A DNA stretch of 50,014 nucleotides from a virus (taxonomy: Duplodnaviria; Caudoviricetes), in the IMG/VR virus record IMGVR_UViG_3300027834_000009, positions 1 through 50,014 of that record. The stretch is one strand, 5' to 3'. The stretch's first letter is position 1; each line of letters begins with the position of its first letter. The notes under the pieces are model-generated. The model worked only from the letters and a program-made list of their open reading frames with translations. It did not search any database and was not told the DNA's origin. Below, piece after piece: positions 43,694 to 50,014 of this stretch. A program made the translations under genes and the position numbers.

Positions 43694-44257
43694 ATGTCAC
43701 TAGAAGAAGGTAAAACCGTATACTTGCTATCAAAACAAGGTAAATGCAAGTATATGGCTAACGGGGAAACTAAAGAGGCTATCTCAATTGATCTGCTCGA
43801 ACCTGCCATGTCACACATGAGTCAGTACGCGAGAATCAAACAGACCGTCAACGGTTTAATTATGGACATGCAAAAACTTGCCGGTGAGCTTGATCCTGAT
43901 GCGGTGGTAGCAGGGACTGAAATTAAAAAAATGCATGAGGTGGACGAGTCTGAATTTGGTACTAAGTCGAATCAGCTAGCCGAAATGATTCTTTTTGGAT
44001 TTGGTAAAAGTGATAGTAGTTTAGCGCACTTTGTTGACGACTTTAGAAAAATGGCCGTTAACAAAGGAGGTAGATCAATTTGTGTCGTTGATGGTGTTCA
44101 GCCAATGACTGACGCAATCTGGAATACTTTACATCCTGACGACGCGATTGGTATGGCCGTGAGGTGGGCTGCTTTTTTTACTATGCCTTCGGACTTTCAA
44201 GAGAAGGCAGAATTAGGCGAGGGGTCCGACTCAGCTTTGCCAGTAACGGATCTTTAA
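43694..44257 (+). CDS. Tail assembly chaperone (G-like)
   Basis: Lies between the tube and tape measure genes and contains a slippery T7 run. Confidence 0.7.
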   Translation: MSLEEGKTVYLLSKQGKCKYMANGETKEAISIDLLEPAMSHMSQYARIKQTVNGLIMDMQKLAGELDPDAVVAGTEIKKMHEVDESEFGTKSNQLAEMILFGFGKSDSSLAHFVDDFRKMAVNKGGRSICVVDGVQPMTDAIWNTLHPDDAIGMAVRWAAFFTMPSDFQEKAELGEGSDSALPVTDL

Positions 44258-44349
44258 GTTACGTCGATGCAATCAACTTGCCGCTCTGGGAACAGTCCCT
44301 AATAAATGACGAGCTTGAGCGGCTTCAAAAAAAAGCTAGTGAGGGTTAA
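44173..44349 (+). other. Programmed -1 frameshift site and extension of the tail chaperone (GT-like)
   Basis: GCT TTT TTT ACT, with a T7 run at 44173-44179. The -1 frame is open to 44349, 2 nt before the tape measure ATG. Confidence 0.65.
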
Positions 44350-44351
44350 AG

Positions 44352-46361
44352 ATGGCGTTTAGTGTATCTTATGTGTATGAAATTCTAGATCGCTATTCTC
44401 AACCCCTACGGCGGATCAATAGAAATACTCAAAACTTTGGACGTACCATAGCACGAACTAAAGCTCGTCTAGTTGGTATGTCCAATAAGTTACGCTCCAC
44501 AGGTGAGAGAATGTCTAGCTTTAGCGGTGCCGTTGGTGCTGCGGGGGCCACTCTTGCGCTGAGGAACATGATTAACGTAAGTTCAGAATTTGAGGCTGCA
44601 CTTAATAAAGTCGAATCAGTCACCGGGGCTACGGCTAAAGGTATGTTCCTACTAGAACAGCAAGCCTTGAAGCTCGGGCGACAAACCCAATTTAGTGCGG
44701 TGCAATCAGCACAAGCTATGACATTTCTGGGAATGGCCGGATTAAACACACAAGAAATATTATCCACAATGCCAGGAATGCTAGACCTAGCAGCTGCGGG
44801 TGGCATGCAACTAGCAGATGCAGCAAATCATGCTACCAATATTTTGCAGGCATTTGGTTTACCATTGGAAAATATTGGCCATTTATCCGACGTACTCGCT
44901 AAAGCAGCGGCAAGTTCTAACACTAGTGTCATGCAGTTGGCCGGAGCAATGCGAAATGTTGCACCAACCGCGCACTTAGCTGGTGTGGGATTAGAAGAAA
45001 CAACTAGCATGCTAATGATTTTAGCAAACGCTGGTATTCAAGGAGAGGAAGCTGGTACCCAAGTTATGAATGCGTTTAGAGCGCTTGCTAGTATGACGCC
45101 TAAGGCCGCTAAAGCATTAGCTAAGCTTGGTATCAATCCTCGCGGTCTAATCGATACTGACGGTAAAATTAAGGACGTCATCGGCCTGATTGACACAATG
45201 GGTAAACGAGGGGCTACTCTTGGCGAGTTCTTCAAAATATTTGACATCCGTGGCGCAAAAGCTATGGCCGTACTCAGTGAGGCGGGAGCTACAAAATTAA
45301 CAGCGTTCACCAAAGACTTAGTCAATAGTGAAGGTGCCGCAAAGAAAATGGCACAAATATTAATGAAAGGTTTACCAGGTGCTGCAAAACGATTCGAATC
45401 AGTCCTTGAGGGATTGAAACTTAAAGCAGCCGAAACTATTAAGCCGATGTTCATAGATATTTTACAAAGTCTAACCGCCTTCATGATGCGTTTACAAGAG
45501 GGTAACCCCGAGCTACTAAAATGGGGAGTAATAGCAATTGTAGTGACTGGTGCATTAGCTGGTTTAACTGTTGTCGTAGGGTTACTAATGACTGCACTGA
45601 GTGGGCTAATAGCATTAATAGCTGCGATCACTTGGCCTATCACTTTAATAGTCGCGGGGGCTATAGCTTTGACAATGGCATTCCGTCAATGGGTTAAGAA
45701 TAATCACCCAGTCATCCAAGGGTTGAGGCGTCTATGGGATGCATTACAGCCCGTTCGTGATGTGTTTGGTTGGCTAATGCATGAAATTATGGGTACCACC
45801 AAGGAAACAGGTTTATTAACCGCGGCATTTACATTGATTGGTCATGCGCTAAATGTTGTGGTTACGATTATTTCTGCAGCATTGAGGGTTGTATTCTCAG
45901 GAATTAAGGCTTTCTTACAATTCATGAGCGGTGATTTCAAAGGGGCAAGCGATACGTTGCATGAGGGCCTTATGGGTATATTTGGTGATGTATCAGTACT
46001 AGGTGAGAGTTTCGAGGACTTGGGTAATATTGTAGCTAATATATTCCAAGGGATTTCAGATTGGGTATCGAAAGTATGGACCGACGTTAAAGGATTTATC
46101 AATGCTTTCGGGTCTGCGGTATCATCCTTTGGATCTCAAATTTGGGAAGGTGGCATTACGCCTAGTAATATTGCTGTAGCTGGTGCGATGGCCTCTTCAG
46201 AGTTCGGAAAAAGTGCCGCGGAAACCACTGCTAGCCAACAAGCCGCGGTCAGTGATATTAAAGCTAACGGTCAGATAACGGTTAAAGCCACACCCGGTGC
46301 CGAAGTGACAAGTAGTAATATCACCCTTAATGAGGGTAGCAATTTAGCTACAGCTTACTAA
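44352..46361 (+). CDS. Tail tape measure protein (TP901-family core)
   Basis: FE..L..V..VTGAT...A..LG..TQFSA...A.AM..L.MAG, LDLAAAG and GI.G..AGT, with a hydrophobic mid-region. Confidence 0.92.
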   Translation: MAFSVSYVYEILDRYSQPLRRINRNTQNFGRTIARTKARLVGMSNKLRSTGERMSSFSGAVGAAGATLALRNMINVSSEFEAALNKVESVTGATAKGMFLLEQQALKLGRQTQFSAVQSAQAMTFLGMAGLNTQEILSTMPGMLDLAAAGGMQLADAANHATNILQAFGLPLENIGHLSDVLAKAAASSNTSVMQLAGAMRNVAPTAHLAGVGLEETTSMLMILANAGIQGEEAGTQVMNAFRALASMTPKAAKALAKLGINPRGLIDTDGKIKDVIGLIDTMGKRGATLGEFFKIFDIRGAKAMAVLSEAGATKLTAFTKDLVNSEGAAKKMAQILMKGLPGAAKRFESVLEGLKLKAAETIKPMFIDILQSLTAFMMRLQEGNPELLKWGVIAIVVTGALAGLTVVVGLLMTALSGLIALIAAITWPITLIVAGAIALTMAFRQWVKNNHPVIQGLRRLWDALQPVRDVFGWLMHEIMGTTKETGLLTAAFTLIGHALNVVVTIISAALRVVFSGIKAFLQFMSGDFKGASDTLHEGLMGIFGDVSVLGESFEDLGNIVANIFQGISDWVSKVWTDVKGFINAFGSAVSSFGSQIWEGGITPSNIAVAGAMASSEFGKSAAETTASQQAAVSDIKANGQITVKATPGAEVTSSNITLNEGSNLATAY

Positions 46362-47707
46362 TGACAGATATCATAGCGAGACAACTAGTCGAGGCTAGTT
46401 TTAAAGGTGTAACGTTCAGAGTCAGAGATGAACTACAAACTGAAGGTGGGCGCCGGGTAATACTACATGAATATCCAAATTCTAATCAAAGATTTGTAGA
46501 GGACCTTGGAGAACTACCTCCTATATTTGTGGTACATGCTTTTGTGCATGGGAGTGGGTTTCTAGACTCAGCAAACGCACTTGAGCAAGTTTTAAATAGT
46601 GTGGGGTCAGGTAAACTAACTTTACCCACGTTCGGTACTGTCGAAGCTTATGCACTCCCTTGGAGCAAAAGGGCGTCACAAATTAGTGTCGGTGAAATTG
46701 AATATACTCTTGAGTTTGCATTGGGTAGACCAACACCTGGACCAGTCACTAGAGAGCGCCAGATTGAGGACTTGTACGAGCTTGGGGATACTGCTAGGGG
46801 TCATGTTCAATTAGCCCTTGATATACTGTATTCACCGCCGGGAACAGCATTGAACACGGCTATAATGCAGTACGATATTTTACAGACTGCACAAACGTTA
46901 TTTAATCAATATTCTACAGCTTTTACTACTAATCGACTGAATACTTTTACGGCATTGATTACAGACTCACAGCGTAACCGTGGTACTTTGGTTCGAGTTG
47001 CTGCAAATTTATCTGCTAATTTCATACAGGGTACACCGTCTGACTTAGGTTTGTGGCAACAAGTTAGCGAGGGCGTAACCGGGGGGTTAGATATAGCACT
47101 CCGAGGGATTAATTTCGGGCACGATCTGAGTATTCAGTCATCGGATATTATAGGTGCTGACGAAAATTCAATCACATTAGGTGACCTTAATATCAATCCG
47201 TTTACTAGTGATATTAGCCTTTGGCCTGAAACCACAGAAGAACGTATTTTAAGGAATTCTAATCGCCGGGTATTTGTACAATCCTATAGAGTATCATCGT
47301 TGATCATAGCTTATGAACAAGCAGCTGCTAGCGATTTCGCAACTGAACAACAAGTTATTGATACTAGAGAGCAATTAAACCAAGCGTATGATGTAGTCAT
47401 GCGAGGCGGCATTAATGGCGTTGAATCTATTCAGCTTAGACCTGACGTAAGGGATGCGGTTAATGACGTGAGATTCACAGCGTTAGGCATACTTGAGAGG
47501 AAAGCTCAATCCAGTCCGGGATTAACGACAATTCGAGTTAATGCTCCTATATCTCAATTAGCTCTGACTTATGCTTTGTATTCTGAAGAAATAACTACTA
47601 CATCGGATTTAGAAACTAGGGCCGAACAAATGCGAGTATTAAACCCATCAGTTTCGGGCCTATCTCTCAATGGTGAACTTACTATATTTGACCGTGAGGG
47701 TTTGTAG
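46361..47707 (+). CDS. Mu gpN-like DNA circularization/tail protein
   Basis: ASFKGV.F.V......GGRR..LHEYP.....VEDLG...G.G.L.LP.FG. Confidence 0.85.
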   Translation: MTDIIARQLVEASFKGVTFRVRDELQTEGGRRVILHEYPNSNQRFVEDLGELPPIFVVHAFVHGSGFLDSANALEQVLNSVGSGKLTLPTFGTVEAYALPWSKRASQISVGEIEYTLEFALGRPTPGPVTRERQIEDLYELGDTARGHVQLALDILYSPPGTALNTAIMQYDILQTAQTLFNQYSTAFTTNRLNTFTALITDSQRNRGTLVRVAANLSANFIQGTPSDLGLWQQVSEGVTGGLDIALRGINFGHDLSIQSSDIIGADENSITLGDLNINPFTSDISLWPETTEERILRNSNRRVFVQSYRVSSLIIAYEQAAASDFATEQQVIDTREQLNQAYDVVMRGGINGVESIQLRPDVRDAVNDVRFTALGILERKAQSSPGLTTIRVNAPISQLALTYALYSEEITTTSDLETRAEQMRVLNPSVSGLSLNGELTIFDREGL

Positions 47708-48837
47708 TGGCTTTTGAAATTAGAGTTAACAATGAGCCATACACCCTATGGCAAACCGCCGCAGTTCGTAGGTCTATTGATACTAACACCGGTATTTTTA
47801 GTTTTTCTAGTACCTCAGAATCTCCCCCATCCAACTACCCTGTTAGGGCTGGTGACTCGGTGCAGGTTCTAATTAATGGCGTACCAAAGGCTACAGGGTT
47901 TGTCGATCAAGTCAGTGCTTCCCAAAATAAGAGGCAACATACAATCACTGTGAGTGGTCGAGATAATACTCAGGACTTGATTGATAGCAGTGTTCCAGAT
48001 GCAGCCAAGGCAATTGTAGGCCCCGTATCAGGTGTGGCATTTTGTGAGAGAATTATTAGCGCATTAGGTGCTACTATTCCTGTTACCAATGATAGTGGTA
48101 TTACTATTGAATTCACAGATTTGGACTTTTTAAATGCTGATAGTGGTATGCCATGTATGGAATTTTTAACAAATTTCTTTAGAAAAAAACAAGTATATTT
48201 AATTGCAGATGGTAACGGTAAATTATCAATATTCAGACCATCAGGTGATCAAGCTGCTAGTTCACTAGAGCACAGTGGGAGTCCACAGGACAACGTCATT
48301 AATTACAATGCCTCATGGAGCCATCAAGATTTATATAATACGTATAGAGTTCGAAGTCAGGATAATTTCGGATTTAATTTACTGGCCGATTACGATGGTA
48401 ATGGTGTGGATCGAACCGGTGATGTGATAGACGACAGTATTCGTACTAGCCGATATTTAGAGGTTCAAGGTGAGGAAACATTATTTGCCGAAGAAACTAG
48501 CAACCGAGCGCAAGAAGAAGCCAACATTAGAAGGGCTAGAGCTATCAGTTATAGTGCCACTGTTCAAGGTACTCAACAACGAGATGGTAGTATCTGGGAT
48601 ATAGGGTTGATTGTTAAAATTAGAGATAGGTTTGCGGGGGTTAGTGGTAGTTTCCTAGCTAGGTCAATAGAATATAATCAAGACGTCACAGGTGGGACAA
48701 CCACAACAATGGATTTCGCTAGTCCCGATGCTTATACAGTACAAGGTGTGGCTACTGCTAAAGACAGTAGACGAGCAGATCGTGGTAGTCGTTTTGAAAA
48801 TACATCGCCAAGTAACGGGTCGAGGTTCGGTCGATGA
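47707..48837 (+). CDS. Baseplate hub protein (Mu gpP/gp44-like)
   Basis: W....V.RSID, TGFVD, ITVSGRD.T.DLIDSS and DG.G.L. Confidence 0.85.
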   Translation: MAFEIRVNNEPYTLWQTAAVRRSIDTNTGIFSFSSTSESPPSNYPVRAGDSVQVLINGVPKATGFVDQVSASQNKRQHTITVSGRDNTQDLIDSSVPDAAKAIVGPVSGVAFCERIISALGATIPVTNDSGITIEFTDLDFLNADSGMPCMEFLTNFFRKKQVYLIADGNGKLSIFRPSGDQAASSLEHSGSPQDNVINYNASWSHQDLYNTYRVRSQDNFGFNLLADYDGNGVDRTGDVIDDSIRTSRYLEVQGEETLFAEETSNRAQEEANIRRARAISYSATVQGTQQRDGSIWDIGLIVKIRDRFAGVSGSFLARSIEYNQDVTGGTTTTMDFASPDAYTVQGVATAKDSRRADRGSRFENTSPSNGSRFGR

Positions 48838-49403
48838 TTAAAAAATTAGTCACTATAATCAAGGGTATCGTTAAAGTTGCACGTATGGTATCTAGTGATG
48901 ATAGCGGTGATTTTCAACAAGGTCGATTTTTCTACATGGGGCGAGAGGTTACCGGTAACGTGTTAAAGCAGTATGGACTCCTCAGTAAAGCGCCTGATAA
49001 TAGTTTTGCCGTTCTTTTTTCTCAAAACGGACAAGGGTCTAATGTATTAGCTATGGTTGATGATCCTAAGCGTCGACCGTTTCGAAACTTGGCTGAGGGT
49101 GAGGTGGTGCTGTCTAATTACTTGGCTGAACAGTATTTACACCTCAAGGAAAATGGAGACGCTGAATTAAGCGCGACTCGTGTTATAATTCTTGTAGGTG
49201 GCACCACTGTGACTATTGAAGATGGTACAATGACTATCGATAGTGTTGACACTACATTGACAGGCAATTTACAGGTGGATGGTGATATAACCACTAATGG
49301 TGGAGTAACAGCCGACGCGGCCGGTGCTGGCGTCACATTAACAGGTCATCAGCACCCAACCGCAGCAACGGGACCACCTAGTTCACCAACACCGGGGACA
49401 TAA
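48834..49403 (+). CDS. Baseplate central spike (Mu gp45/P2 gpV-like)
   Basis: QYG..S..P, L.EGEV.L, beta-helix G.L.V.G.I, and a C-terminal HQH metal-binding motif. Confidence 0.88.
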   Translation: MIKKLVTIIKGIVKVARMVSSDDSGDFQQGRFFYMGREVTGNVLKQYGLLSKAPDNSFAVLFSQNGQGSNVLAMVDDPKRRPFRNLAEGEVVLSNYLAEQYLHLKENGDAELSATRVIILVGGTTVTIEDGTMTIDSVDTTLTGNLQVDGDITTNGGVTADAAGAGVTLTGHQHPTAATGPPSSPTPGT

Positions 49404-49407
49404 TAAA

Positions 49408-50010
49408 ATGGCATTAAATCATCCTAGTTTTGATGACTACGTGGAATTAATAAGCGCAGAAGTTAGACGCCAGTTACCAAGTGTAGATCCCACTGTATTC
49501 GGTTCGTGGGCTCGAGCATTTGCTGAAGGTAATGCAGCTCTAGCAACAGCATTAGGGCTTACTATTCGAGACCTTGAGCGTCAATTATTCCCGCAGACCG
49601 CAGAGGGTGTATTCCTCGAAAGGTGGGGAGGGTATGAAGGACTTGAACGTAATCCTGCCAGTTCAGCCGAGGGCAATATATCAATGCCTGGTACTGATGG
49701 CACCGTAATACCATCGGGTGCAGAATGGCGAATAGGCAATATTAACTATGAAACTATTGACCAAAGTACGGTAAGTATAGTTAGTCAGTCAATCACTAGT
49801 CTAACGAGTACTGGCACCACCGCAACGGCTCAAATGGCAACTGACCATAACCTTGCCACTGGTATGTCATTAACGATACTAGGGGCCACTGAGACCGCTT
49901 ATAATAGGACTGATGTTGTGATCTCAGTTACCGGTGCTGACGAGTTTCAATATGAGTTATTAAGTGCACCGGGGGTGCCTGCTACTGGTGCACTTAATAA
50001 CTCATATTGA
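49408..50010 (+). CDS. Baseplate J/gp47-like wedge protein, N-terminal part (appears truncated)
   Basis: QLFPQTAEG.FL.RWG...GL.R..A..A.G.....GT.GT.IP.G. Only 200 aa; the stop lies 4 nt from the window end. Confidence 0.75.
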   Translation: MALNHPSFDDYVELISAEVRRQLPSVDPTVFGSWARAFAEGNAALATALGLTIRDLERQLFPQTAEGVFLERWGGYEGLERNPASSAEGNISMPGTDGTVIPSGAEWRIGNINYETIDQSTVSIVSQSITSLTSTGTTATAQMATDHNLATGMSLTILGATETAYNRTDVVISVTGADEFQYELLSAPGVPATGALNNSY

Positions 50011-50014
50011 AACT

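Noticed and set aside
35108-46102. Long antisense ORFs (35108-35725, 40546-40989, 44429-44806, 45038-45643 and others)
   Set aside because: They lie wholly opposite well-supported structural genes, lack RBSs and show typical antisense composition.
1-50014. Prophage or transposable Mu-like lifestyle, tRNA genes, alternative genetic code
   Set aside because: No integrase, transposase, host genes or tRNA-like sequence was seen. The Mu similarity is limited to tail genes, and long genes translate intact with the standard code.

Overview
The window is most of the genome of a tailed dsDNA phage with a contractile (Mu-like) tail and an HK97-fold head. The sigma70-type promoters and a two-component spanin point to a Gram-negative host. 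No integrase, tRNA, rRNA or CRISPR array is visible. Layout: (1) 1-8743, replication module (SSB-like protein, Cas4/PD-(D/E)XK-like nuclease, SF2 helicase, DNA methyltransferase, VRR-NUC nuclease, NrS-1-type primase-polymerase/SF3 helicase) split by overlapping divergent promoters near 3.0 kb. (2) 8.8-22.7 kb, a leftward accessory region of about 45 small genes, including a second methyltransferase and PAPS-reductase-like, HD, GNAT, J-domain and HTH proteins. (3) 22.7-23.1 kb, a repeat-rich strand-switch region that may be an origin. (4) 23.2-31.4 kb, lysis genes interrupted by a fibre-like module. (5) 31.6-50 kb, terminase, portal, head, neck, sheath/tube, tape measure and baseplate genes. 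The most unusual signal is in the accessory region: nine copies of a 21-bp junction (minus strand YTAACCAACCATAAGGAATAR) separate one-gene units. The consensus carries stop codons in all three frames plus a Shine-Dalgarno sequence a few nt before the next ATG, like a universal gene-cassette linker. A second family of six near-consensus TTGACA-17-TA(T/C)RRT promoters, each with a palindromic GTGCAAC-N-GTTGCA-type spacer, divides the same region into modules. All product calls come from motif recognition by eye, not from database searches.
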